Positions 1 to 13,058 of a DNA stretch of 64,000 nt are shown in pieces. The translations under genes were made by a program, and so were the position numbers. The notes below the pieces were generated by a model, which had not been told where the DNA came from, did not search any database, and worked only from the letters and a program-made list of their open reading frames with translations. Positions within the stretch are counted from its first letter, which is position 1, and each line of letters opens with the position of its first letter. Source of the stretch: Escherichia coli (GTDB taxonomy: Bacteria; Pseudomonadota; Gammaproteobacteria; Enterobacterales; Enterobacteriaceae); the NCBI RefSeq assembly GCF_036507355.1, contig NZ_AP027877.1, one strand, 5' to 3'.

Positions 1-512
<512 letters not shown>

Positions 513-553
513 TCACATCACCTGTGACAGGCTTTGTGTGTTTTGTGGGGTGC

Positions 554-1669
554 TTAAACGCCCGGCTCCTTATGCAGTCGACGACATGCAGTGCCATCCT
601 CACGGAACAGATGGCAACGCTCTGGCGGCAGGCCGATAGCGAATGTGGCACCTTCTTCTACCAACACCACGTCGTTCTGGCGGTACACCAGGTTTTGACG
701 AATGGAAGGGATCTGGATATGGATTTGGGTTTCGTTGCCGAGTTGCTCGACGACCTGAACTTCACCCTCAAGGATGACGTCAGCGATATCACTCGGCAGT
801 AGATGTTCCGGGCGAATACCCAGCGACATATTGGCTCCAACCTGGACATCACGGCTTTCAACAGGCAGCCAGACTTGCTGACGATTTGGCATCGGCAGCT
901 CCACCTGCACTTGATCGATTGCAGTGGCGGTCACTTTTACCGGCAGGAAGTTCATCTTTGGCGAACCGATAAATCCGGCGACAAAACGGTCTGCCGGATA
1001 GTGGTACAGTTCCAGCGGTTTCCCAACCTGCGCCACGCGACCGGCGTCCAGTACCACGATTTTGTCGGCCAGCGTCATCGCTTCGACCTGATCGTGGGTG
1101 ACGTAAATCATTGTGCGGCCCAGGCGTTTATGCAGGCGGGAGATTTCGATACGCATTTGCACACGCAGTGCAGCATCGAGGTTGGAGAGCGGTTCATCGA
1201 GCAAAAATACGCTTGGCTCGGCCACCAGCGTACGGCCAATCGCCACACGCTGACGCTGACCACCGGAGAGCGCTTTCGGTTTGCGATCCAGCAAATGCGC
1301 CAGTTGCAGCACTTCCGCCACCTGGTTGACGCGTTGGTTAATCACCTCTTTTTTTGCGCCTGCCAGTTTCAGGCCAAATGACATGTTTTCTGCTACTGAC
1401 AGGTGGGGATAGAGCGCATAGGACTGAAACACCATACCAACGCCGCGTTCTGCTGGCGGAGTGTCATTCATCCGTTTCTCACCGATGAACAGGTCGCCGC
1501 TGGTGATCGTCTCAAGCCCGGCAATCATGCGCAGTAAAGTCGATTTACCGCAGCCAGACGGTCCGACAAACACCACAAATTCACCTTCATGGATATCGAG
1601 ATTGATATCTTTCGATACCACGACCTCACCCCAGGCTTTCGTTACATTTTGCAGCTGTACGCTCGCCAT
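554..1669 (-). CDS. malK: maltose/maltodextrin ABC transporter ATP-binding protein MalK (371 aa)
   Basis: ORF 554..1759; MalK begins at internal Met ([15 protein letters not shown]...), Walker [10 protein letters not shown], signature LSGGQRQR. Upstream in-frame extension judged spurious. Confidence 0.95.
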   Translation of the reverse strand: MASVQLQNVTKAWGEVVVSKDINLDIHEGEFVVFVGPSGCGKSTLLRMIAGLETITSGDLFIGEKRMNDTPPAERGVGMVFQSYALYPHLSVAENMSFGLKLAGAKKEVINQRVNQVAEVLQLAHLLDRKPKALSGGQRQRVAIGRTLVAEPSVFLLDEPLSNLDAALRVQMRIEISRLHKRLGRTMIYVTHDQVEAMTLADKIVVLDAGRVAQVGKPLELYHYPADRFVAGFIGSPKMNFLPVKVTATAIDQVQVELPMPNRQQVWLPVESRDVQVGANMSLGIRPEHLLPSDIADVILEGEVQVVEQLGNETQIHIQIPSIRQNLVYRQNDVVLVEEGATFAIGLPPERCHLFREDGTACRRLHKEPGV

Positions 1670-3224
<1,555 letters not shown>

Positions 3225-3234
3225 TGCAGTGAAA

Positions 3235-3358
3235 TGCCGGATGCGGCGTGAACGCCTTGTCCGGCCTACAAAACTGAAACGCATGTAGGCCTGATAAGAC
3301 GCATCAGTGTCGCATCAGACAGTTGTTGTCGGATAAGGCGTGAAAGCCTTATCCGTCC
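3235..3358. repeat. REP/BIME cluster (three REP units) in malE-malF intergenic
   Basis: GCCGGATGCGGCGTGAACGCCTTGTCCGGCCTACA and inverted copies; classic REP palindromes. Confidence 0.85.
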
Positions 3359-3377
3359 TGGAATGAGGAAGAACCCC

Positions 3378-4922
3378 ATGGATGTCATTAAAAAGAAACA
3401 TTGGTGGCAAAGCGACGCGCTGAAATGGTCAGTGTTAGGTCTGCTCGGCCTGCTGGTGGGTTACCTTGTTGTTTTAATGTACGCACAAGGGGAATACCTG
3501 TTCGCCATTACCACGCTGATATTGAGTTCAGCGGGGCTGTATATTTTCGCCAATCGTAAAGCCTACGCCTGGCGCTATGTTTACCCGGGAATGGCTGGAA
3601 TGGGATTATTCGTCCTCTTCCCTCTGGTCTGCACCATCGCCATTGCCTTCACCAACTACAGCAGCACTAACCAGCTGACTTTTGAACGTGCACAGGAAGT
3701 GTTGTTAGATCGCTCCTGGCAAGCAGGCAAAACCTATAACTTTGGTCTTTACCCGGCGGGCGATGAGTGGCAATTAGCCCTCAGCGACGGCGAAACCGGC
3801 AAAAATTACCTCTCCGACGCTTTTAAATTTGGCGGCGAGCAAAAACTGCAACTGAAAGAAACGACCACCCAGCCCGAAGGCGAACGCGCGAATCTGCGCG
3901 TGATTACCCAGAATCGTCAGGCGCTGAGTGACATTACCGCCATTCTGCCGGATGGCAACAAAGTGATGATGAGCTCCCTGCGCCAGTTTTCTGGCACGCA
4001 GCCGCTCTACACACTCGACGGTGACGGCACGTTGACGAATAATCAGAGCGGCGTGAAATATCGTCCGAATAACCAAATTGGCTTTTACCAGTCCATTACC
4101 GCCGACGGCAACTGGGGCGATGAAAAGCTAAGCCCCGGTTACACCGTGACTACTGGCTGGAAAAACTTTACCCGCGTCTTCACCGACGAAGGCATTCAGA
4201 AACCGTTCCTCGCCATTTTCGTCTGGACCGTGGTGTTCTCGCTGATCACTGTCTTTTTAACGGTGGCGGTCGGCATGGTTCTGGCGTGTTTGGTGCAGTG
4301 GGAAGCGTTGCGCGGCAAAGCGGTCTATCGCGTCCTGCTGATTCTGCCCTACGCGGTGCCATCGTTCATTTCAATCTTGATTTTCAAAGGGTTGTTTAAC
4401 CAGAGCTTCGGTGAGATCAACATGATGTTGAGCGCGCTGTTTGGCGTGAAGCCCGCCTGGTTCAGCGATCCGACCACCGCCCGAACGATGCTGATTATCG
4501 TCAATACCTGGCTGGGTTATCCGTACATGATGATCCTCTGCATGGGCTTGCTGAAAGCGATTCCGGACGATTTGTATGAAGCCTCAGCAATGGATGGCGC
4601 AGGTCCCTTCCAGAACTTCTTTAAGATTACGCTGCCGCTGCTGATTAAACCGCTGACGCCGCTGATGATCGCCAGCTTCGCCTTTAACTTTAACAACTTC
4701 GTGCTGATTCAACTGTTAACCAACGGCGGCCCGGATCGTCTTGGCACGACCACGCCAGCCGGTTATACCGACCTGCTTGTTAACTACACCTACCGCATCG
4801 CTTTTGAAGGCGGCGGGGGTCAGGACTTCGGTCTGGCGGCAGCAATTGCCACGCTGATCTTCCTGCTGGTGGGTGCGCTGGCGATAGTGAACCTGAAAGC
4901 CACGCGAATGAAGTTTGATTAA
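3378..4922 (+). CDS. malF: maltose ABC transporter permease MalF (514 aa)
   Basis: ORF 3363..4922; start taken at [13 protein letters not shown] (internal Met 6); EAA-loop permease. Confidence 0.95.
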   Translation: MDVIKKKHWWQSDALKWSVLGLLGLLVGYLVVLMYAQGEYLFAITTLILSSAGLYIFANRKAYAWRYVYPGMAGMGLFVLFPLVCTIAIAFTNYSSTNQLTFERAQEVLLDRSWQAGKTYNFGLYPAGDEWQLALSDGETGKNYLSDAFKFGGEQKLQLKETTTQPEGERANLRVITQNRQALSDITAILPDGNKVMMSSLRQFSGTQPLYTLDGDGTLTNNQSGVKYRPNNQIGFYQSITADGNWGDEKLSPGYTVTTGWKNFTRVFTDEGIQKPFLAIFVWTVVFSLITVFLTVAVGMVLACLVQWEALRGKAVYRVLLILPYAVPSFISILIFKGLFNQSFGEINMMLSALFGVKPAWFSDPTTARTMLIIVNTWLGYPYMMILCMGLLKAIPDDLYEASAMDGAGPFQNFFKITLPLLIKPLTPLMIASFAFNFNNFVLIQLLTNGGPDRLGTTTPAGYTDLLVNYTYRIAFEGGGGQDFGLAAAIATLIFLLVGALAIVNLKATRMKFD

Positions 4923-4936
4923 GGGAGATAACAAAA

Positions 4937-5827
4937 ATGGCAATGGTCCAACCGAAATCGCAAAAAGCACGTTTGTTTATTACTCACCTGCTACTGCTAC
5001 TTTTTATCGCGGCGATTATGTTCCCGCTGCTGATGGTCGTCGCTATCTCGCTGCGTCAGGGAAACTTCGCGACCGGTAGCCTGATCCCGGAGCAAATCTC
5101 CTGGGATCACTGGAAACTGGCGTTAGGTTTTAGCGTTGAACAGGCTGATGGTCGCATTACGCCACCGCCATTCCCGGTACTGCTGTGGCTGTGGAACTCG
5201 GTAAAGGTCGCCGGGATTTCCGCGATTGGCATTGTGGCGCTCTCCACCACCTGCGCCTACGCTTTCGCCCGTATGCGCTTTCCAGGCAAAGCGACGCTGC
5301 TGAAAGGAATGCTGATTTTCCAGATGTTCCCGGCAGTACTTTCACTGGTCGCGTTGTATGCGTTGTTTGATCGTCTGGGTGAGTACATTCCATTCATTGG
5401 CCTGAATACTCACGGCGGCGTAATTTTCGCGTATCTGGGTGGGATTGCGCTGCACGTCTGGACCATCAAAGGCTATTTCGAAACCATCGACAGTTCGCTG
5501 GAAGAAGCGGCGGCGCTGGATGGTGCGACACCGTGGCAGGCCTTCTGCCTTGTCCTGTTGCCGCTGTCAGTACCGATTCTGGCGGTGGTGTTCATCCTGT
5601 CGTTTATCGCTGCCATTACTGAAGTTCCGGTCGCGTCGCTGTTACTGCGTGACGTAAACAGCTACACCCTGGCCGTGGGGATGCAGCAATACCTCAACCC
5701 GCAAAACTACCTGTGGGGTGACTTTGCCGCCGCTGCCGTGATGTCTGCATTACCGATCACCATCGTCTTCTTGCTGGCTCAACGCTGGCTGGTCAACGGC
5801 CTGACGGCAGGTGGTGTGAAAGGTTAA
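4937..5827 (+). CDS. malG: maltose ABC transporter permease MalG (296 aa)
   Basis: ORF track; [32 protein letters not shown]... Confidence 0.97.
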   Translation: MAMVQPKSQKARLFITHLLLLLFIAAIMFPLLMVVAISLRQGNFATGSLIPEQISWDHWKLALGFSVEQADGRITPPPFPVLLWLWNSVKVAGISAIGIVALSTTCAYAFARMRFPGKATLLKGMLIFQMFPAVLSLVALYALFDRLGEYIPFIGLNTHGGVIFAYLGGIALHVWTIKGYFETIDSSLEEAAALDGATPWQAFCLVLLPLSVPILAVVFILSFIAAITEVPVASLLLRDVNSYTLAVGMQQYLNPQNYLWGDFAAAAVMSALPITIVFLLAQRWLVNGLTAGGVKG

Positions 5828-5897
5828 AGATGTTGTTCTGCCAATGTTATGCCGCTGCACCCTCAACTTACGTTATCCCAACTTGTGACTGTTATTC

Positions 5898-5924
5898 GGC
5901 GCTCCACGGAGCGCCTTTTTTTCT
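5898..5924 (+). terminator. Rho-independent terminator after malG
   Basis: GGCGCTCCACGGAGCGCC hairpin followed by TTTTTTT. Confidence 0.8.
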
Positions 5925-6198
5925 TTCGTCTGCAATCTGAATCGTTCGCCGGTTAATATTTCCATCATAGAGCTTATTATTTTTACGTTATTTGTTTTCC
6001 CACTTACGATAATTCTCTTTCGTGCTCTGAGTCACGGCAATAGTATTGTTTTTATCAATTTTGGATAATTATCACAATTAAGATCACAGAAAAGACATTA
6101 CGTAAACGCATTGTAAAAAATGATAATTGCCTTAACTGCCTGACAATTCCAACATCAATGCACTGATAAAAGATCAGAATGGTCTAAGGCAGGTCCGA

Positions 6199-7674
6199 AT
6201 GAATACCCAGTATAATTCCAGTTATATATTTTCGATTACCTTAGTCGCTACATTAGGTGGTTTATTATTTGGCTACGACACCGCCGTTATTTCCGGTACT
6301 GTTGAGTCACTCAATACCGTCTTTGTTGCTCCACAAAACTTAAGTGAATCCGCTGCCAACTCCCTGTTAGGGTTTTGCGTAGCCAGCGCTCTGATTGGGT
6401 GCATCATCGGTGGTGCCCTCGGTGGTTATTGCAGTAGCCGCTTCGGTCGTCGTGATTCACTTAAGATTGCTGCTGTCCTGTTTTTTATTTCTGGTGTAGG
6501 TTCTGCCTGGCCAGAACTTGGTTTTACCTCTATAAACCCGGACAACACAGTGCCTGTTTATCTGGCAGGTTATGTCCCGGAATTTGTTATTTATCGCATT
6601 ATTGGCGGTATTGGCGTTGGTTTAGCCTCAATGCTCTCGCCAATGTATATTGCGGAACTGGCTCCAGCTCATATTCGCGGGAAACTGGTCTCTTTTAACC
6701 AGTTTGCGATTATTTTCGGGCAACTTTTAGTTTACTGCGTAAACTATTTTATTGCCCGTTCCGGTGATGCCAGCTGGCTGAATATTGACGGCTGGCGTTA
6801 TATGTTTGCCTCGGAATGTATCCCTGCACTGCTGTTCTTAATGCTGCTGTATACCGTGCCAGAAAGTCCTCGCTGGCTGATGTCACGCGGCAAGCAAGAA
6901 CAGGCGGAAGGTATCCTGCGCAAAATTATGGGCAACACGCTTGCAACTCAGGCAGTACAGGAAATTAAACACTCCCTGGATCATGGCCGCAAAACCGGTG
7001 GTCGTCTGCTGATGTTTGGTGTGGGCGTGATTGTAATCGGCGTTATGCTCTCCATCTTCCAGCAATTTGTCGGCATCAATGTGGTGCTGTACTACGCGCC
7101 GGAAGTGTTCAAAACGCTGGGGGCCAGCACGGATATCGCGCTGTTGCAGACCATTATTGTCGGAGTTATCAACCTCACCTTCACCGTTCTGGCAATTATG
7201 ACGGTGGATAAATTTGGTCGTAAGCCACTGCAAATTATCGGCGCACTCGGAATGGCAATCGGTATGTTTAGCCTCGGTACCGCGTTTTACACTCAGGCAC
7301 CGGGTATTGTGGCGCTACTGTCGATGCTGTTCTATGTTGCCGCCTTTGCCATGTCCTGGGGTCCGGTATGCTGGGTTCTGCTGTCGGAAATCTTCCCGAA
7401 TGCCATTCGTGGTAAAGCGCTGGCAATCGCGGTGGCGGCCCAGTGGCTGGCGAACTACTTCGTCTCCTGGACCTTCCCGATGATGGACAAAAACTCCTGG
7501 CTGGTGGCCCATTTCCACAACGGTTTCTCCTACTGGATTTACGGGTGTATGGGCGTTCTGGCAGCACTATTTATGTGGAAATTTGTCCCGGAAACCAAAG
7601 GTAAAACCCTTGAGGAGCTGGAAGCCCTCTGGGAACCGGAAACGAAGAAAACACAACAAACTGCTACGCTGTAA
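6199..7674 (+). CDS. xylE: D-xylose:H+ symporter XylE (MFS, 491 aa)
   Basis: ORF track; MNTQYNSSYIFSITLVATLGGLLFGYDTAVISG... sugar-porter motifs; AT-rich promoter region upstream. Confidence 0.96.
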   Translation: MNTQYNSSYIFSITLVATLGGLLFGYDTAVISGTVESLNTVFVAPQNLSESAANSLLGFCVASALIGCIIGGALGGYCSSRFGRRDSLKIAAVLFFISGVGSAWPELGFTSINPDNTVPVYLAGYVPEFVIYRIIGGIGVGLASMLSPMYIAELAPAHIRGKLVSFNQFAIIFGQLLVYCVNYFIARSGDASWLNIDGWRYMFASECIPALLFLMLLYTVPESPRWLMSRGKQEQAEGILRKIMGNTLATQAVQEIKHSLDHGRKTGGRLLMFGVGVIVIGVMLSIFQQFVGINVVLYYAPEVFKTLGASTDIALLQTIIVGVINLTFTVLAIMTVDKFGRKPLQIIGALGMAIGMFSLGTAFYTQAPGIVALLSMLFYVAAFAMSWGPVCWVLLSEIFPNAIRGKALAIAVAAQWLANYFVSWTFPMMDKNSWLVAHFHNGFSYWIYGCMGVLAALFMWKFVPETKGKTLEELEALWEPETKKTQQTATL

Positions 7675-7684
7675 TCTTCCTGTC

Positions 7685-7720
7685 CAGCACGCCGCGCCAG
7701 TTCGGCGTGCTGTCTTTTTA
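7685..7720. terminator. hairpin terminator between convergent xylE and psiE
   Basis: CAGCACGCCGCGCCAGTTCGGCGTGCTG stem-loop followed by TCTTTTT; sits between two convergent genes. Confidence 0.7.
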
Positions 7721-8128
7721 CTCCCGCTTCAGCCGTTTCGAATTACACAGCCACAGGGTGATCACCAGTAACAGGATCGCAGCCGAGTAGATCAACACAT
7801 CCAGTGGCGATTTATGATCGACGATGATCAAGCGCACAATGGCGGTGATCCCAATATAGACAAAGTAACGTAGCGGGAAGTGAAAACCGGACTGAAAGTA
7901 CTTCACAATCAGCGCGATAAATTCGAAATAGAGAAAGTAAACCACCAGTCCTTCTACCAGCTCATATTTGCTGGTTTGTTCTGGCGCGAACAGCACATCA
8001 GCCAGATGCACCGTTTCTTTGCCGAGGAAGACAACCAAAATCAGGCCGAGGCACAACAGGCCAAGATTGAGTACGGTCTGCAAAATGGTGGAGATAAACT
8101 CCACGCGCGGACGAGAGAGTGACGTCAT
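7718..8128 (-). CDS. psiE: phosphate-starvation-inducible inner membrane protein PsiE (136 aa)
   Basis: ORF track; [38 protein letters not shown]... Confidence 0.95.
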
Positions 8129-8257
8129 AGCAGTACCTCCTTCACAGTGGCGAGCTTCCTGTATAACGCAAAAATGTGACGGAGATCTATATTTTTTGTG
8201 TATGTTTTGTTCAACCTGGATTTGGAGCGCGCCTCCACCAAAGCCGGATATACCTAC

Positions 8258-8300
8258 CCGTAGGCCGGATAAGCCGCGCCTGGCGGCGCATCCGGCAAGA
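8258..8300. repeat. REP element pair
   Basis: GTAGGCCGGATAAGCCGCGCCTGGCGGCGCATCCGGCAAG. Confidence 0.75.
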
Positions 8301-8397
8301 CAAACCGCACCAAAGCCGGTAATTCAAAAATCACCCATTCAGGTGATTCCCAGCCACCAGCAATGCGCGAAAAATCGACAATGTTCCTCTGGAACAA

Positions 8398-8676
8398 ATG
8401 AAACGTAACCTGATAAAGGTGGTAAAAATGAAGCCTTATTTTGCTGCTTTGATGTTATCAGTCTCTGTTCTTCCTGCTTATGCTGGTCCGCTCGGTACTG
8501 CTGATAAAGCCGACCTACCGCAAAGCAATGTCTCCAGCCCAATGATGGCCCAGTCGCTCAGGCAACCAGACCTGCAACCGATATCGACGGACAGGAAGAC
8601 AGAATGTTTTCGCCTTTACACACCAGATCGCAAACCGGGGGTGAACTGCGTTCCTGATGGCTCGACAGGCCATTAA
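8398..8676 (+). CDS. yjbT: small putative secreted protein (YjbT-like, 92 aa)
   Basis: ORF track; N-terminal signal-peptide-like MKPYFAALMLSVSVLPAYA; position between psiE and yjbH matches the small yjbT gene as I recall it. Start could be the internal MKPYF Met (8428). Confidence 0.5.
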   Translation: MKRNLIKVVKMKPYFAALMLSVSVLPAYAGPLGTADKADLPQSNVSSPMMAQSLRQPDLQPISTDRKTECFRLYTPDRKPGVNCVPDGSTGH

Positions 8677-8722
8677 GAATGAAGGTGCCAGTGAGTGCGA
8701 AAACTGGCACCTTTCCCATGAC

Positions 8723-10819
8723 TTAGCGGAAATTGACGCTACGGTCGCTGGTCATGTCATACAACTGGAACTTACGCCCAAGTTGCTGACCACCGTCACG
8801 CGTCAGCGGCGTCCAGCCAATCGCCGCACGGCTGCGTGTCGGGCCAGACGAGAAGAGATCCAACGGTACCGAGACATACACGCCTTTGGTGAAGTCCCCT
8901 TCGCCGTACTCCTCTTTCGAAACATTCGTGATCGTGGCATAGCCACCCACCACCACACCACTGTCAAAGCGTTTGGCGATCTCCAGCGTGCCGCCTTTAT
9001 CCCCTGCCAGATACTGCCCGACGCTGGCTTTAACTAACACATCCTGAGCGAAAGATGGCGTCCAGTAGGCGGTCAGATGTCCGGTTTTCACGCTGTAATC
9101 GGTGAATTTCATCATATCTTTCGCGCTACGCCAGTCGCGCTGTTTAACGTAGTTGGCATCCAGACCAAACGCCCAGTTGCTGTCCAGCGGGCGATACAAC
9201 ACCTCAGCCCCCGCACCGCCAAACATGGTTTCGAGATAGCCGCCGTAGACCTGACCGTAGAAGCCGTTGCCCAGATGCTGGAAGTAGTTGGCTTGCAGGT
9301 TATTCACATAGACATCATTCTGCACATACTCGCGCACATGGGTACGCACGCGCGGTAAGTGCGAGTCCTGCGGCGGATTGGTGTAGTTAAACTTGTCGTA
9401 GTTGTTAGCCAGGTTAGCAAACAGGCTGCCGGTGGTCAGCAGATGGTCCGTCAGCCACAAATCTGCCGTTCCCATCACGCCCAGCTGATACATGTAAAAG
9501 TTTTCCGGGCCACCGACCGACTGGTTCAGCACCGGATCGATATGGAAATCAAAGCGTGATTTGTCGATATACCAGCCCTGCTCGGTGGACTGCGGAACCA
9601 CTGGCTCGACGCGTTTTTGCGCCAGCGTCGTTTCGTGGCCCAACGGCTCTCCGGCGAGATGATTTTTCAGGCTGGCGACATCGGTTTCCGTCGTCACCTG
9701 CGGCATGTTAAGGCGATTTTCCGTAATGCGGATCGTTTTGATCCCATCCGGCAGATCGTTCATCACGATCCGATTAGCACGGATGATCCCTTCGAGCGAA
9801 TCACGATATTTCACCTGCTCGCCGGTAACATACAGCGTATCGCCTTTCGCCTGGATCTGTGGATCGGCAAGTCCAGCATTGTATTTCAACAGCGTTAACT
9901 GATTCGCCACCACCGAATGCTGCAAAATGGCATCCTGCGGCTGCGGTTGATATTGCGGGCGGGCGTTATCGTTGTAAGACGGGCGCAGATCGTTAAAGTT
10001 GGTGCGCAACGTAACGCCAAACATAAAGGTGTTGCCACGTTCATAGCTAAGGTTAACGTCGGCCCAATCGGTAACGCGATAAATCGCCCCGACGTTAAAC
10101 TTACTTTTTTGCTCCAGCTTCCCGGCAAAATCCTGCTGATAATTATTGCCTTCATACTCCAGTTTCAGGCGCAGCGGTTGCCAGGGCGTCTGGTATTCCA
10201 CGCCGCCAAACAGTGAGGCAGGACCGTGGAACATCTGGCTACCGTCGATAGATCCCGCCTGTTTGTAGCTGTTATCGCGATAGCAATATTTATCACTGGC
10301 TGAACAGAGCGGATTTTTCACATTACCGCTGGTGCCCAGATATCCCCAGCCCAGGCCGAGCGTAAAATCGAACGGCCCCCAGGCTTTGCTGGCAACAAGA
10401 TATTCCGCATCAAACAGCCCCGTACCGCCGATATCCCGCGCACCAACCGCCACTTGCGGCAGCCAATAACTCTCTTCCCACAAACGCAGTTTGAGATCGA
10501 AGGCTTTATCTTTATACGTTTGATCGCCAGAGAACGCTTCGACGCTGCTGTACTGCCGGGTGCGCACGTCGGTGTAGCGCAGCGTTGTTTCCAGCCACGG
10601 GAAGAGTTGCACTGAAGCTGAGTAATAACGGTACTGATCGTTATCGCGATAGTTCAGACTCAACTCCCCTTCCCGTGCCATACGCGCGGTGGGCGTTTGT
10701 AATAATCCTACGCCCCCGAAATCCGACTGCGACGGACCAATGGGCGCAGGATATGTTTCGCCGTAGCAAGCTGTGCTAATGCCCAGCGCCAGTAAGCTAA
10801 GCAGATGTCTTTTTTTCAT
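8723..10819 (-). CDS. yjbH: YjbH, outer-membrane beta-barrel lipoprotein of the yjbEFGH exopolysaccharide locus (698 aa)
   Basis: ORF track; [24 protein letters not shown]... lipoprotein signal; last gene of yjbEFGH. Confidence 0.9.
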   Translation of the reverse strand: MKKRHLLSLLALGISTACYGETYPAPIGPSQSDFGGVGLLQTPTARMAREGELSLNYRDNDQYRYYSASVQLFPWLETTLRYTDVRTRQYSSVEAFSGDQTYKDKAFDLKLRLWEESYWLPQVAVGARDIGGTGLFDAEYLVASKAWGPFDFTLGLGWGYLGTSGNVKNPLCSASDKYCYRDNSYKQAGSIDGSQMFHGPASLFGGVEYQTPWQPLRLKLEYEGNNYQQDFAGKLEQKSKFNVGAIYRVTDWADVNLSYERGNTFMFGVTLRTNFNDLRPSYNDNARPQYQPQPQDAILQHSVVANQLTLLKYNAGLADPQIQAKGDTLYVTGEQVKYRDSLEGIIRANRIVMNDLPDGIKTIRITENRLNMPQVTTETDVASLKNHLAGEPLGHETTLAQKRVEPVVPQSTEQGWYIDKSRFDFHIDPVLNQSVGGPENFYMYQLGVMGTADLWLTDHLLTTGSLFANLANNYDKFNYTNPPQDSHLPRVRTHVREYVQNDVYVNNLQANYFQHLGNGFYGQVYGGYLETMFGGAGAEVLYRPLDSNWAFGLDANYVKQRDWRSAKDMMKFTDYSVKTGHLTAYWTPSFAQDVLVKASVGQYLAGDKGGTLEIAKRFDSGVVVGGYATITNVSKEEYGEGDFTKGVYVSVPLDLFSSGPTRSRAAIGWTPLTRDGGQQLGRKFQLYDMTSDRSVNFR

Positions 10820-11556
10820 TATTGAGGTATCCGCTGCGTCAGAGTCTGAAGAATGTCGGCGTTAAGGGCATCAGGCGTCTCACTCCAGACGGAGTCCGCG
10901 AGGCCAACATAAATAATGCTGCCGGGCATCGGCTCTACGTGACGCTTGTTCCAGTAAGCCACCGGCGCTTTTTGCGTGCGTCCGTCCGGGTAAACCACCC
11001 ACGCGTAGCTGCGATCCGCACCGCTGAGCAGGCTCTGGTCAGAGAGATAGCTCGCCACGTCGCGACCTGGAGTGAATGGCTGCTTGCCAGGACGGCTGAT
11101 AAGCCCGAACAACGTAACCGTGGACGGCGGTGGTCCGACCCACAGCGTGTAGTTGCCCTGCAACGGCGGGTTACCGCGTTCGGCAACGCGGACGATATCG
11201 GGATCAAGATTGATTTTTTGCCTACCCGTCACTTTCAACGCCTGAATTTGTTGGCGTAAGGCGTTAATCGCAGCGGCATCGTCAGCGCTGGAGTCTGCGG
11301 CCAGTTCTGCCAGCCGTGTCAGCAACGCCTGCTGCTGACGCAATGCTGCCGCCGTTGCCAGCTCTTCGCTGATCACCGCACCGGGCCACCAGCTGTTTGC
11401 CAGCCGCGGTTGGCCTACCAGATCGATTAAATGCTCTGCGCCTGTTAGTGTTTTGGCCTCACTGCTGCCATTGCTGAACACCTTGACGGTTCCTGCCGCG
11501 AAGACCGATGACGCTCCCACACTCAAAAGCAACGCGACAAAAGTTTGTTTGATCAT
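10819..11556 (-). CDS. yjbG: YjbG, periplasmic protein of yjbEFGH locus (245 aa)
   Basis: ORF 10819..11652; start taken at [22 protein letters not shown] signal peptide (internal Met 33); stop overlaps yjbH start. Confidence 0.85.
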   Translation of the reverse strand: MIKQTFVALLLSVGASSVFAAGTVKVFSNGSSEAKTLTGAEHLIDLVGQPRLANSWWPGAVISEELATAAALRQQQALLTRLAELAADSSADDAAAINALRQQIQALKVTGRQKINLDPDIVRVAERGNPPLQGNYTLWVGPPPSTVTLFGLISRPGKQPFTPGRDVASYLSDQSLLSGADRSYAWVVYPDGRTQKAPVAYWNKRHVEPMPGSIIYVGLADSVWSETPDALNADILQTLTQRIPQ

Positions 11557-12191
11557 TGTTTTGCCGCCTTGATGAGGGTGGTTTTCACCGGGAAATAATC
11601 CGCGCCGAGATACTGTTCCGACTGGCGAATTTGCCCTTCGCTGTCGATCCAATAGCGGTTATGCCAGCGCGCCTGGTTGGTGGAGACTTCTTCGTCCAGC
11701 ACGCGAACCGGGGTTTCATCGCTGCCGACTTTGACGGTATCGGTGCCATCCCATTTGAAGACTGAGCGTGCGGTGGCGTAGCGTACCTGCTGGTATTCGG
11801 TCCAGCCCATCGTGCGCGTCCAGGTTGCACCATCAATGATTTGTGCGGGTTTAATCAGCGGGTCGGCGGCAAGGTTATTCACCTCAATCAAGTTGTCGCC
11901 GCCAAGCAGAGTCTTCACCAGACGACCATGTTGTGTGACGAGAGTGGCCTGATCCTGAGTGACCCATTTTTGTTGTCCGTCTTCAGCGAAGGCCAGCACC
12001 ACAAACAACTGCGGCCCGCCATTAAGCTGCATGTACTGGCTGGCGTAGGGCATATTTTGAATATCATCGTCCGTCAGCTGTACACCTGGCGTACCGAACA
12101 GACTGTCCCACAGTGAATTGCCCAGCTCTTTAGTCGTGGCTGAACAGGCCTGTAATAGCAGGCAGATAAGAATGAGTGCAGGTCGCTTCAC
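11553..12191 (-). CDS. yjbF: YjbF, lipoprotein of yjbEFGH locus
   Basis: ORF 11553..12221; lipobox LLQAC; probable GTG start 10 codons in; overlaps yjbG start by 4 bp. Confidence 0.8.
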   Translation of the reverse strand: MKRPALILICLLLQACSATTKELGNSLWDSLFGTPGVQLTDDDIQNMPYASQYMQLNGGPQLFVVLAFAEDGQQKWVTQDQATLVTQHGRLVKTLLGGDNLIEVNNLAADPLIKPAQIIDGATWTRTMGWTEYQQVRYATARSVFKWDGTDTVKVGSDETPVRVLDEEVSTNQARWHNRYWIDSEGQIRQSEQYLGADYFPVKTTLIKAAKQ

Positions 12192-12304
12192 GACTCTTCT
12201 CCAGAGGGGCAGAATAACCACACCGGAGTGTGGTTATGGTAAATCCCTTCATACTTCAAGCCACAGATGCGATGACTCGAATTATTTTGGGGATACATAC
12301 TTTA

Positions 12305-12547
12305 TTACTGGGTACTGGTGGTCGTGGTTGTTGTGGTCCCGGTATTAGAACCATCACCGCCACCGGTTGCCGCGAGCGCGACACCCACCGCCGAGCTTAC
12401 GGTGCTGACGCTGGTCGCGGAGGAACTCCCCGCCGAAACCGACGTTGCTGCCGACCCTGCCGCTTCGCCCACCTGTACAGGTGCAGCCCACGCAGAAGTC
12501 GCCGCAAGCGCAGATATGGCAAAAATGCCATACAGAACTTTTTTCAT
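12305..12547 (-). CDS. yjbE: YjbE, small secreted Ser/Thr/Ala-rich protein (80 aa)
   Basis: ORF track; [31 protein letters not shown]...[10 protein letters not shown]; first gene of yjbEFGH; very AT-rich promoter region at ~12600-12900. Confidence 0.85.
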
Positions 12548-12953
12548 AACAATTTCCCTTCATTGAATGAATGGAGATTTACCCAAAAACATTTCGGGCG
12601 GGATCGAGTATACACAACTAAAGCATGCGAATTACGGCGCGGGGAATTAGAGATGGGGTTTTAGGATAATTGGAATGAATATCAAATATAAGCTACATCT
12701 TATATATAAATAACATTAAAAATCATAATGTTAAAATAAAAGTAAAAGTAATTAATCTGAGTATTTTCCGAAATCAATCACGATTAAAAATCTATTTTAG
12801 GATTAACCTCACGGTATGATTTCCGTTAAATCACAGACAAGGGGATTTATCTGATAAAAAAATGCCGACATAACGTCGGCATTGTTATTAAGGTTATTTA
12901 ATCAATCGTGCTATGTATTAATTGCCGAATACGATGTACATATCGGCATCGAC

Positions 12954-13040
12954 CTGTAGGCCTGATAAGACGCGACCGCGTCGCATCAGGCATCGGTTGC
13001 CGGATGCGGCGTGAACGCCTTATCCGGCCTACATAGCGGC
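12954..13040. repeat. REP/BIME elements downstream of pgi
   Basis: GTAGGCCTGATAAGACGCG...GCCGGATGCGGCGTGAACGCCTTATCCGGCCTACA. Confidence 0.8.
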
Positions 13041-13058
13041 ATCAGGCATGAACGATGA

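Noticed and set aside
803-1381. 192-aa ORF (and others at 524..802, 1111..1329, 1461..1724) antisense to malK
   Set aside because: Fully embedded antisense within a well-conserved ABC ATPase gene; no independent signals.
12305-12566. Thr-codon run at the yjbE C-terminus ([10 protein letters not shown]) as a possible slippage-prone simple repeat or phase-variation tract
   Set aside because: The codons are mixed (ACC/ACA/ACG), not a homopolymeric or perfect triplet repeat, so slipped-strand mispairing is unlikely.
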